A stretch of 64,000 bases of DNA, taken from Terriglobia bacterium (GTDB lineage Bacteria > Acidobacteriota > Terriglobia > JAJPHL01 > JAPKYU01). The DNA is taken from NCBI GenBank assembly GCA_965206645.1, contig CBDBKE010000001.1, forward strand, positions 312,930-376,929, given 5' to 3'. Made by a program: the position numbers and the translations under genes. Below the pieces are notes generated by a model. That model saw only the letters and a program-made list of their open reading frames with translations, was not told the origin of the DNA and searched no databases. Below are positions 28,366-40,589 of the stretch, piece after piece; position 1 is the first letter of the stretch; the number at the start of each line of letters is the position of its first letter.

Positions 28366-30238
28366 GTGCAAACGGACCGGCAAGCGGTTGAGAAACAGGC
28401 GGCAGCGGCCTTCTGGACGCTGGCGAGCGTGGTGGTCGTGGTCCCGCTGGCTCTGTCTCCGGGCCTGCAGTTTTTCGACGTTACCCCGAAATTACTGGCC
28501 CTACTGGCAGGCGCCTGCGTCGTCTGGGTGTCGCTGGCGGTCGAAGGTCGGGTCCCGTCTTTTGGCGGGCGGGCAGGCAGGCAGATTCTTGGGGCTGCTG
28601 GCAGCGCTGGCTGCCATGGGTGTACTGGCCAGCATTTTTTCGCACAACCGCGTGCTGTCGCGGGTGGGGAGTGAATGGCGGCGCATGGGCCTGCCCGCTT
28701 GGCTAGCGTGCCTGGCAGTGGCCGCGGCGGTCCCTGTGGTGATCGGCGAGGACAGCGCGCGACGACGCCGTCTGCTGGCGGCTTGGGTGCTGGCAGGCGT
28801 CGCTGCGGCCACCTACAGCTTTGCGCAATACTTTGGCCGCGATCCCTGGATCTCACCCGCGCTCTACCACATCGGCGAAGGCGAGTGGCAAATTGTGAGG
28901 CCGCCGGCGACGCTGGGCTACGTCAGTTACCTGGCCGCCTTCTTGCTGCCGGCAGGGTTTGTCTCGGTGGGCCTGGCCATGTCGGCGACTGCGGCCCGGG
29001 CGCGACTCGCCTGGGGTGCGGCGGCGGCCGCCCTGGCGCTGGCGCTGGTGATCTCCGGCAGTCGCGGCGCGTGGTTGGGCGCGGCGGCTGGCGTGGTCGT
29101 GTTGCTGGTCCGCGCCAAGCGCCGCCGTCCTGTGCTGCTGGGCCTGCTGGCGGTGACCGCGCTGGCCGCCGTCTTTGTGCTCTCTCCCGCCGGACAGCGG
29201 GTGCGCAGCCGCGTGCGCTGGTTTGTGGAGGACCCGGCGGGAGGCGCGCGCCTGCTGCTCTGGCGCGATTCGCTGCGTCTGGCCCGCGCTCACCCCCTGC
29301 TGGGGACGGGGCTCGACACCTTCGAACTCAGCTTCCTCAAGTTTCATTCGCTGGAGCTCGCCCGGCGGGACCCGGACCGGTACGCCGAATCGCCGCACAA
29401 TGTTTTTCTCGACTACCTGACTTCCGCGGGCCTGCCGGCGGTGTTGCTGTTTGCCTTGCTGATGGGAGTGGCGCTGCGCAACTTCGTCGTGTCCTCCCGC
29501 GCCGTTTCGTCGCGCGAAGCTGCACTGGACGCTGCCTTGTTGGCCGCGCTGGTTGCCGGGCTCGTGGGTGCCCAATTTATTGCCGACACGATTCCCACGA
29601 GGCTCACTCTTCTGCTATTGGCCGCGCTTTCGGTTTCCGTACCCGCCACCACTGCCCGGCTCGGGGCGCGAACCGTGGTGGCGGCGGTGGCCGTTGTTGG
29701 CTTGGCCTTGGTGGTCGTCTTCGGGGCGTGGCTGGTGCGCGCCGATCGCGCCGTGTGGAGGGCAATGCAAGCGCGGGAGGGCAGTGATCTGGACAGCCTG
29801 CTCCGGGCCGGACCCGCCGCGCGTTACGCCTTTCCCTGGACCGGCACCTATCCGTTTGCCTACTCGCGAGCCCTGGGTTGCGTGGTGATCCGGAGCGGCC
29901 TGCAATCGGCGCAACGCGGCCTGTTGCTGGCTCTGGCCGAGGATTCCGCGCAGGCTGCGCTGTCCCATTCCGGCCGCCCGCAGATCGTACATGTGCACCT
30001 GGCCTCGCTGTACGTGTTGCTCGGCAAAGCGGAGGAAGCGCGAGCGGCCCTGGAAGAAGCTATCAGCGCCGCTCCCGCCTGGTATCGGCCGCGCTGGTTG
30101 CTGGCGGCCTTGCTGGCCGAGCAAGGCCGCTATGTCGAGGCAGCCGCGCAGGCTCGCGCTGCCTTGGACCGCGGCGCCCGCAGACATCCCGAGATTGCTC
30201 AGCAGTGCCTGGAAATTCAGCAACTGTCGGCCCGCTGA
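28366..30238 (+). pseudogene. O-antigen ligase family protein with C-terminal TPR, frameshifted at a (GGCG)2(GGCA)3 tract
   Basis: PATLG, SGSRGAWLG, HPLLGTG and HNVFL motifs; removing one GGCA (28572-28583) joins ORFs 28357-28674 and 28388-30238. Confidence 0.8.
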
Positions 30239-30317
30239 CGTTACACGGTTGTATGGTTATGAGTCCTTTCTGACGTTGATTCTGCATTTGGATTGCGTAA
30301 GAATTAGGGTTGCCGAT

Positions 30318-31142
30318 ATGCGTGCCTACCTCGCCGCCGGGTTGCTCCTGTTGCTGGGGGGCACCTCCTCCCCGGATTCCCTCTGGGCACAGACGCCCGA
30401 CTTGCCGCCGAGCTCAGTAGTGAACGGAGCCAGTTTCCGTGCGGCAGCCGATCCCAACGGGGCCGTGGCCCCGGGCGCGCTAGTGGCCATCTTTGGGGCG
30501 AACCTAGCCGGCGAAGCCCAGCTGGCAATGAGCGTGCCGCTCTCCACCCGACTGCCCGACACGGCAGAGGGCACCAGCGTGACCTTCAATATTCCTGGCA
30601 GCAGTATTTCCGCACCGCTGTTTTTTGTGTCGAGCGGTCAGATCAATGCGCAGGTCCCTTCCGGCGTCCCAGTCGGAACCGGATCAGTCTCAGTACAGGT
30701 GAGGCGCGGCAGTGAAACCAGCGCCACGCAGCCGGTTTAGGTGGCGGATGTTTCCCCCGGCATTTTCACCGTTAACCAGCAGGGCACCGGCGCCGGCGCC
30801 ATCCTGCATGCCGACAATTTCCAGGCGGTCAGCACAAGCGCCCCGGCGCGGCCGGGCGAGTTCCTTCTTATTTTTTGTACCGGGCTGGGCCCAGTGGATC
30901 CCCCCGTGCCGTCCGGCGATATTGCTCCTGCTGAACCGCTAGCGAGGACGATCACCACACCGCTGGTGAACGTCGGCGGCATCCCGGCCACTGTGAGCTT
31001 TTCCGGCTTGGCCCCAGGATTTGTAGGCCTGTACCAGGTAAACCTGCAGGTGCCGCAGGGAATCCCGTCGGGCGCGCAAGAGATCGAGATCATCATCAAC
31101 GGCGTCCCCAGCAGGGAAAACGTCACCATCGCGGTCCAGTAG
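30318..31142 (+). pseudogene. Exported protein with Solibacter-type C-terminal domain (TIGR03437-like), in-frame TAG at 30738-30740
   Basis: VVNGASF, APGALVAIFG, QINAQVP, PGIFT and GLAPGFVGLYQVN motifs in one frame. Confidence 0.85.
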
Positions 31143-31334
31143 AGTTCGGGCGGCTTCCGCACGCCAGAATAGATCCCCACTACTCAGGTGGCGTAACCTT
31201 ATCCTTGTCAGGTAAGGATCGATCTGCCGGAGAGACGTGAAAAGATCACGGCCGCAGTCAGTACCATGTCGATTGTCAACGCCTTGAAAAGGCGTGGCGC
31301 CTACGCGCCACGTGGACGATGTGAGGGAGGTATC

Positions 31335-33611
<2,277 letters not shown>

Positions 33612-33870
33612 TTCCATTGACAGCGAGCCCGGCCTGGATCATGTGGGCAGTCGGTTGTCGTCAATGAGAAAGAAAAGTGGATGGAGGAAAAAGGTCTTCC
33701 CGTTTGTGTCGTTCGGACAAGCGAATTCATGTCGGTGGACGTGCTGTTCATGATGACATCGACTCACATCGTCCTTCTCAACTAGCGCGACCGGCCGGGC
33801 CGCCACGTTGACTTGGACGAGGGCGGGGCCTAAGATCTGCTGAAGGTTTGAGATCCCTTAAGGAAGGACC

Positions 33871-34281
33871 ATGGCCAAAGCAAAAAGCAGAGCACCTGTG
33901 CACAGCTCGGCGGCCTTGGCGGAACTCACCCGCGCCAAGAAACTGCAGCGGCGTGGCTTGCAGGCAGAGGACGAGATCACCCGCCTACTTGAGCCCTTGA
34001 AGGACAAGCTGAGTGCGCTAGTCCTCGAACGCGACCGGCTCTTCCACGAAGCAATAGCTGCTCGCCAGAAGTTCTTTCAGGCAGTCAAAAAGGCGGATCC
34101 GCGCTTGGTCCATCATCGCAGCCTGCGCTACGAGGAGAAGGGGCAGAACGTCTATGTGGTTTGGGACGAGACGGGGCCGCAGTTCTCCACCCACGAAGGG
34201 GCTGAACTTCCGATCCTGCATCCGTTCGTGCGCCGCCGACGCGGACGGCGGGCCCTGGACTTGGCGTTTTGGTTGGACTAG
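33871..34281 (+). CDS. Hypothetical protein
   Basis: Strong RBS AAGGAAGGA; 136 aa; coiled-coil-like N-terminal half. Confidence 0.6.
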   Translation: MAKAKSRAPVHSSAALAELTRAKKLQRRGLQAEDEITRLLEPLKDKLSALVLERDRLFHEAIAARQKFFQAVKKADPRLVHHRSLRYEEKGQNVYVVWDETGPQFSTHEGAELPILHPFVRRRRGRRALDLAFWLD

Positions 34282-34551
34282 CGAGAGGATCTGCACCTCT
34301 CGGGTCCTTCTGTACTTCTTGGTGGGTCGGACTAGAAACCTAGTTGCCTACCGTGTTGATTTTTCTGCTGGCGGGGCGGGGCATGGTTGGCAACGCGTGG
34401 GTCGCGCGGATTCATTCCCTCCAATAAGCACGGCCATTGCAGACATGTGGCGGAGTGATCAAAAGGCGTTTGAGCGATATTATTCGGTCCTCAGAATCGA
34501 CAAGCGAAGGACGCCTGACAACGTGAAGGTGCGGAAGGTGGGCATCTATGA

Positions 34552-35307
34552 CTAGGGCAGCGTGACTCGCCCACCGCTGACGACGAGTGTGTGCCCGGTC
34601 ATGAAGCCAGAGAGGTCGGACAAGAGAAAATATGCCACGTTGGAGATGTCCTCCGGTTGCCCGAGGCGCCCCAGAGGTGTCGCCGCGATTATCCGCTGGG
34701 TAGCCTCGGGATCCAACAGGGCGCCCATCTCCGTCTCAATCAAGCCCGGCGCGATGCCGTTTACGCGAACGTGCGGCGCGAATGCTTCGGCGCAGCACCT
34801 TACCAAGGCAATGACGCCAGCCTTGCTGGCGGCGTAATGAATCTGTAGCTTTCTCGGAAGCAGAGCAGCGACGGAGGATAAGCAAAGGATGCGGCCATAC
34901 CTGTTGGCCAGCATCTCGTCCTTCAGCGCCATGACCGTGAGAAAAACTCCGTCCAGGTTGACCGACAGCGTCTTCTTCCAGGTCTCCCAGGAAATCTCTT
35001 GATGGTTTTCCAGAATACTGAGACCGGCGTTAGCCACTAGCAATCCGATCGGTCCCAACGCCTGGCGCGTTTTGGCCACCATGGCCTCTACGTCGGCTGG
35101 ATGAGAAACGTCTCCCTTAATCAGAAGGCACCGGACCCCCTCCCGCTCGATCAGTTGCTGGGCAGCGCGGGCCTCTTCGTCCCGCCGGAGGTAGTTGAGA
35201 GCAATATCGGCACCGTGCCGAGCCAGTTCCAGTGCGATCGCGCGACCAATCCCTCGCGAGCCTCCGGTGATCAGTGCGGTCTTGCCCGCGAACTCTTTGC
35301 TGGTCAC
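34552..35307 (-). CDS. SDR family oxidoreductase (FabG-like)
   Basis: TGGSRGIG, VANAG and YAASK motifs. Confidence 0.92.
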   Translation of the reverse strand: MTSKEFAGKTALITGGSRGIGRAIALELARHGADIALNYLRRDEEARAAQQLIEREGVRCLLIKGDVSHPADVEAMVAKTRQALGPIGLLVANAGLSILENHQEISWETWKKTLSVNLDGVFLTVMALKDEMLANRYGRILCLSSVAALLPRKLQIHYAASKAGVIALVRCCAEAFAPHVRVNGIAPGLIETEMGALLDPEATQRIIAATPLGRLGQPEDISNVAYFLLSDLSGFMTGHTLVVSGGRVTLP

Positions 35308-35430
35308 TATGCGATCAGTTCCTTGACTACCCGGCCATGCACGTCGGCAAGCCGGAAATTGCGGCCGCTGTGGAAATAGGTGAGTAAAGTATGATCCAGG
35401 CCCATCAGGTGGAGGATGGTGGCATCAAGT
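35304..35430 (-). pseudogene. C-terminal remnant of a DUF1501 protein
   Basis: [39 protein letters not shown], matching the C-terminus of the 60502-61950 product. Confidence 0.8.
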
Positions 35431-35842
35431 ATTACAGCCGTTGCCTTCGTCGGGGTGCATAAGCTCAAGATCAACCGACCATTCTTTGGAAATCCCGGGG
35501 CCTGTGTAATTGATTAAACCGGAATTATCGATTTCAAGTTTCCTCGGCTCCAGAGTCTATGCCCGGCCGTCATGCCAAGTCAAACTCAAATCTCCAGCGG
35601 CAGGGGCGCGAGCAACGGGGGAAATCACTGTTAAAGTTCTGGTTGTAGACTTTTGATGCCCAGATCCGCGGTAGCAAGAAACGCTCGCGGCGCTGATTTC
35701 CAACGTCAGTTTCTGGAGGATCGTGAAGGCCGGCTCCCTTTCTGACGAAGGCCAGTGGATGAAATGGTCTGTCGCCGTAGTTTGGCTCGCGAGCGGGCTG
35801 CTCGTGGTGCATCCCTACTACAGGCAGGTCGGCTCGGGCTAT

Positions 35843-37092
35843 TGACCAGACCGATTTTTTGTACCAACCGTAGTGAGAGTTTACATCGCAGCCTGGGGCT
35901 GTGAAACTGGTTTCAGTGGCAGGGGAGGGCTATAGGCCCCCGGCGCCGGGGGCCTATAGGCGAGCGCCGAGTGCGGCCGCACCGTGTTGTATTGCACCCT
36001 CCACTGTTCAATCACCACCTGTGCCTCCTTCAACGAGTAGAAGATCTCTCCATTCAGGCATTCGTCCCGCAGCTTCCCATTGAAACTCTCGCAGTACCCG
36101 TTCTCCCAGGGACTGCCCGGTTCGATGTACAGTGTCCCGGTCCCTAGATTTGCCAACCACTGGCGCAGTTGTTTAGCGATGAACTCGGGACCATTGTCGG
36201 ATCGAATCTGTTCCGGTATCCCTCGCCACAACATCACGTCCGACAACGCCTCAATGATTTGTTGGCTGCCCATCCTCCGCTCCACCCGGATCGCCAGGCA
36301 TTCCCGCGTGTACTCATCCAGCAAGGTCAGCAGCCGCAGCGTTCTCCCCTCGTGCGTTCTGGCACTCATGAAGTCGTAGCTCCACACGTGGTTCGGTCGC
36401 TCCGGCCTCAGTCGTACACAGGAACCGTCGTTCAGCCACAGCCGTCCTCGCGGCCTTTGTTTTTGCGGCACTTTTAGCCCTTCCCGCCGCCAAATCCGCT
36501 GCACCCGGTCCTTGCCCACTTCCCAGCCCGCACTCCGCAGCAACGCTGTGATCCTCCGGTAGCCATATCGCCCGTACTTCGCTCCCAGGGCAATGATCGC
36601 TCGGGTCAGAGCATCCTCGTCCACCCGATGAATCGGCTCGTATCGTTGTGTCCCTCGCCATTGCCCCAGCAGCCGGCAGGCATGCCGTTCCGACAACCCG
36701 TGTTGCTCCCACGCACGCTCCACCGCACAACGCCGCCGCTCAGGGCTCAGAAGTTTCCCTGTGCCACATCCCGCAGTACCTGCTTCTCCAGAGAAAGCTC
36801 CGCTACCAACCGCTTCAGCCGCGTGTTTTCCTTCTCCAACTCCTTTAGCCGTTTTGCCTGCACCACCTTCAGCCCGCCGTATTCCTTCCGCCACCGGTAG
36901 TAGGTTTGGGTGTGGATTCCAGCTTCTTTGCAGGCTTGGGGCGCAGTCTTCCCGTTCCCCATCTGCACTTCTATCTGCCGTAGCACCGCTACAATCTGCT
37001 CCGGCTTGTAACTCCTTGTCGGCATGACCTCACTTCCTCCTCAAGTGGATTCTCTCTCTTTCCACTTGGTACAAAAAGTGCCGGTCAGGTCA
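35843..37092 (-). mobile_element. IS3 family element, copy 3 (1250 bp)
   Basis: Near-identical to copies 1 and 2; orfA 36747-37025, orfB ending at 35881. Confidence 0.95.
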
Positions 37093-37259
37093 TGGGGAAC
37101 ATGGGAGAATAAGCCCCATGCAGCGTCAACGCGGCGAGGGCGGTCGCAGAGTAACATCATCTATGGTGTTCAGACCGGATTTCCGCGGGCTTCATGGGCA
37201 CTAATGGGTCATCTCGCGCCGAAGCCCGGGCCGAATCCGTTTTAGCAATTCGCCAGGGA

Positions 37260-37444
37260 CACGCAAGGCCGAGAACCGCACCGGTGTCAGTCATGCGGAC
37301 TTTACCTGCATTCGCAACGTGCAGCTTGACCGCTTCACCATTGACCGTCTGATGATCGTGCTCAACAAGCTCGGCCAGCACGTAGACGTACAGATCGATG
37401 TTCGTCCGCGTGCGGCCGCTGAAGAGACGCCAGTACCTCCGTGA
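37260..37444 (+). pseudogene. C-terminal fragment of an XRE (HTH_37/HigA-like) regulator
   Basis: RTGVSHADFTCIRNVQLDRFTIDRLMIVLNKLGQHVDVQIDVRPR. Confidence 0.6.
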
Positions 37445-37517
37445 GGGCATTGTCACGTTCAGCCGTGCGGTAACTCGATTTGATGATGTAATATGCTCGC
37501 TGACCATAGGAAACCTC

Positions 37518-38336
37518 ATGACCACACATTCGAACACACGATCGGCGGCGGCACTGGCCCTCTGGCTGGCCGCCGCAGTCCTGACACTGACTGGCGCCGC
37601 GCCCTCCCACGCACAGCAGCCCGCAGGGAATGCGCGGGCGTTCATTAGCATCAACGGAGGACTGCAGACACTGACCGGCAGCTTCTCCGAAAGCGTCGTC
37701 TTTCAGGAATCTGGAGGCGTGTATGGCGAGGTCCTGTCCGCGGCTGCAGCCCAGGAGCAGGCCCGCTTCGAGAGCGACTACCGCTACAGGACCGGGCCGC
37801 TCTTTGATGTGAGCGGCGGCGTGCGCGTCGCGCCGTACTTCGCGCTCGGCGCCGGCATATCGGGGTTCAACTCCGAGGAAACGGCCAGCGTATCGGCGCA
37901 GCTGCCGCACCCGCGCTTTTTCTACCGCCACCGCTCAATCTCGGGCGTTTCGTCGCCTCTCACGCGCAGCGAGTTGGCCGTCCACGTGCAGGCGTTAGTG
38001 GTGGTGCCGGTCACGAACTCGCTCACGGTAATGGGCTTCGCCGGACCCACGTTGTTCAACGTGGAGCAGCAACTGGTCACCGACGTGAATTTCACCCACG
38101 CATACCCCTTCGACACGGCTACGTTCTCCAGTGCGGTCACCAGCCGGCAATCCGCCTCGACCATCGGATTCAACGTGGGAGCCGACGTCACCTGGTACTT
38201 CACTGCCCATGTCGGGATCGGCTGGTTCACCCGTTACAGCCGGGCGACGTTGGATCTTCCGTCCGCGGGCAACGGAACACTCGACACCAGGGCCGGTGGG
38301 CTGCATACGGCAGGGGGCCTGCGCTTGCGGTTCTGA
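37518..38336 (+). CDS. Outer-membrane beta-barrel protein
   Basis: Signal peptide (SHA/QQ), amphipathic strands, terminal AGGLRLRF. Confidence 0.75.
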   Translation: MTTHSNTRSAAALALWLAAAVLTLTGAAPSHAQQPAGNARAFISINGGLQTLTGSFSESVVFQESGGVYGEVLSAAAAQEQARFESDYRYRTGPLFDVSGGVRVAPYFALGAGISGFNSEETASVSAQLPHPRFFYRHRSISGVSSPLTRSELAVHVQALVVVPVTNSLTVMGFAGPTLFNVEQQLVTDVNFTHAYPFDTATFSSAVTSRQSASTIGFNVGADVTWYFTAHVGIGWFTRYSRATLDLPSAGNGTLDTRAGGLHTAGGLRLRF

Positions 38337-38398
38337 ATGCGCCTCCACACGGCGAACCGGCAAACTCGTTAGTCTGACTCCAAGGAGACCGACACGAA

Positions 38399-40417
38399 AT
38401 GAGAATCGCTCCACGAATTGTTATTGCTCTGGCCCTCATCGGGATCGCACTCATGGCAACGGAGCACGACGCTACGGCCCAGGAACTCGACATCGTTTCC
38501 ATCGCAGCCGGACAAACCTTGGGGCTCGACGCGTTGCGGCAGTGGAACGCGACGGTCTACGGCATGGAGCGCACCGGTAACCTCGCCGTCATGTCGCGCC
38601 GGAGCGACGCCTACCTGGAAGGCCGTACCCACGAGTATCTCACGCAGTACCATGCGGGCATTCCCGTGCACGGCGGGGGCGTCTCCCGGCAGCTCGACGC
38701 TAGCGGCGTCACCGTGTCGCTGTTCGGCGCCTTGCACCAGGGGATCGACGTGGATACGACGCCGGCGTTCTCCGGGGCCGAGGTCGCCGCGCTTCTCGAA
38801 GTGATGCACGGCGGAGAGTTCGTCGCCGACCGGCAGCCGCCGCTGAGTATACTGCCCCGGCCGGACGGATCGTACGTCCTGGCCTATCAAGCCGCCATGA
38901 GTGACGGATACTTCTATTTCGTCGGCGCCGCCAACGGCAAACTCCTGCACCGCGTCCATGCGTTCAAGTCGCAGTCGGCGGTCGGGGCCGGCGCAGACTC
39001 CACGGGTATGCGGAGGAAGCTGAGCACGACGCAGGGGGACGCCGGCTTCGGAGCATACGACCGGATGCGGCCGGGGGAACTCGTCACTCTCGACGCCCGG
39101 TTCAACCTCCTGCGTGCCTTTCGTCTGATCTTGGGTTATCTTTTCCAGTTGCCGCCCGGGGAACCGGTCTGGACATCGGACGACATCGCGGTTGACGCCG
39201 ATAACGACTGGGACGACCCGGCTGTGGTTGGCGCCCATGTCTACAGCGGCTGGACGTACGATTATTTCTTCGGCAGACACGGTTGGGAAGGCATCGACGG
39301 CGCGAACGGACGCACGATCACCATGGTCAATATTGACGAGGATAATGCCTTCTTTGCTCCCCCGCCGTTTGGCCCGGAAGGCCGAGGCATATTCGGTTTC
39401 GGTCGGGCTATCGACGAAACGAGCGAGGACCCCTTGACGGTGCTCGATATCGTTGGCCACGAGTTAATGCACGGTGTGACGCACTTCTCCGTGAGCAATC
39501 GCACCGGAAGCCCCCTTGGTCTCTCCAACCCCTTCCCCCTGGACGTGCGACTCGGTCCGGAGAGCTTCACCGACGTCGACGGCGAAACCTACACGTGCGA
39601 CACCGCCCGGTTCCCCGGCTTGGTCCAGACAATGGAGGAGCTGGAAGAAGGTCTGGTCCCGGCCTGGTGTGTCAACGGGCGGTTCCTCCTCGCCTACTCG
39701 GGAGACGGCGCCATCGACGAAGCCTACTCCGACATCTTCGGCGAATCCCTCGAATTCTTCTATGAAAGTCAAGGCGCCACGGCCGACTATCTCGTGGGCG
39801 GCGAAACGAAGCGCGGACCCATTCGCTCCCTGAGCGACCCCAAGTCGCTCCGTGACGGCTTTTATCCGGATGTCTACCGCGATCGCTACGAGTTCGCCCT
39901 CACTCTGGACGAAGACGAGTTCTGGGACTACTCCGGCTTCATATTCGTCGATGGCCGGTACATCGGCTCTGCCGATGACTTCGGATATGGCGGCGTCCAT
40001 TGGAATTCGCTGATCCTGAGCCATGCGTACTATCTGGCCGTTGAGGGCGGCACGCACTGCAACAGCGGCATCACAGTCGAAGGCATCGGGGGAGCCAACC
40101 GGGAGGAGATGGAGCGCATCTTCTTCCATGCGATGCGGGATCTGATGCCTGCTGCGGCCTCGTTGCCGATCGCCGCAGCGGTCCTCCGCCAGGCGGCAGT
40201 GGATCTCGCTCCGGGCAGCGCGGCGGAACGAGCGCTTGACCAGGCGCTGCGCGCCGTCGGTCTGCCGGCCCCGTTCCGTCGGTCCGCCGCCGGACACGGA
40301 GGGCCTCCAGGAGTAGCGCGCCCGTTTCGGCCTGGTCCGGTAGTTCAGAAAACTCGCTCATTAAGCGGGCTAGGCGTAGGCGTTGCGAGCGAAAACAGAC
40401 GCCCCAAAACCGTGTAA
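38399..40417 (+). CDS. M4 (thermolysin-like) metallopeptidase with propeptide
   Basis: QYHAGIPVHG propeptide, NAFF, HELMH, GAIDEAYSDIFG and GGVHWNS motifs. Confidence 0.88.
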   Translation: MRIAPRIVIALALIGIALMATEHDATAQELDIVSIAAGQTLGLDALRQWNATVYGMERTGNLAVMSRRSDAYLEGRTHEYLTQYHAGIPVHGGGVSRQLDASGVTVSLFGALHQGIDVDTTPAFSGAEVAALLEVMHGGEFVADRQPPLSILPRPDGSYVLAYQAAMSDGYFYFVGAANGKLLHRVHAFKSQSAVGAGADSTGMRRKLSTTQGDAGFGAYDRMRPGELVTLDARFNLLRAFRLILGYLFQLPPGEPVWTSDDIAVDADNDWDDPAVVGAHVYSGWTYDYFFGRHGWEGIDGANGRTITMVNIDEDNAFFAPPPFGPEGRGIFGFGRAIDETSEDPLTVLDIVGHELMHGVTHFSVSNRTGSPLGLSNPFPLDVRLGPESFTDVDGETYTCDTARFPGLVQTMEELEEGLVPAWCVNGRFLLAYSGDGAIDEAYSDIFGESLEFFYESQGATADYLVGGETKRGPIRSLSDPKSLRDGFYPDVYRDRYEFALTLDEDEFWDYSGFIFVDGRYIGSADDFGYGGVHWNSLILSHAYYLAVEGGTHCNSGITVEGIGGANREEMERIFFHAMRDLMPAAASLPIAAAVLRQAAVDLAPGSAAERALDQALRAVGLPAPFRRSAAGHGGPPGVARPFRPGPVVQKTRSLSGLGVGVASENRRPKTV

Positions 40418-40546
40418 TAGCAACGAAAGGAAGGAGTTGGTAGAAAACTGTGGAAGACGCCCGGTTGCCCCTCGGGAAGGCGGGCAGGGGCGAGAGTGCC
40501 GGTCGGCTCTTGATTCTCAGCAAATTTAAAATAATAAGAATAGTAA

Positions 40547-40562
40547 ATAAGTACTTACTTAT
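40547..40562 (+). promoter_or_regulatory. Putative ArsR operator
   Basis: ATAAGT-ACTT-ACTTAT palindrome in an AT-rich tract upstream of an ArsR-domain gene. Confidence 0.55.
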
Positions 40563-40589
40563 ATAAATTATGTAGTTATCATTGCGCCT

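Noticed and set aside
30738-30740. Stop-codon reassignment or readthrough (TAG)
   Set aside because: Many intact genes here end in TAG, and the lesions also include TAA, TGA and frameshifts.
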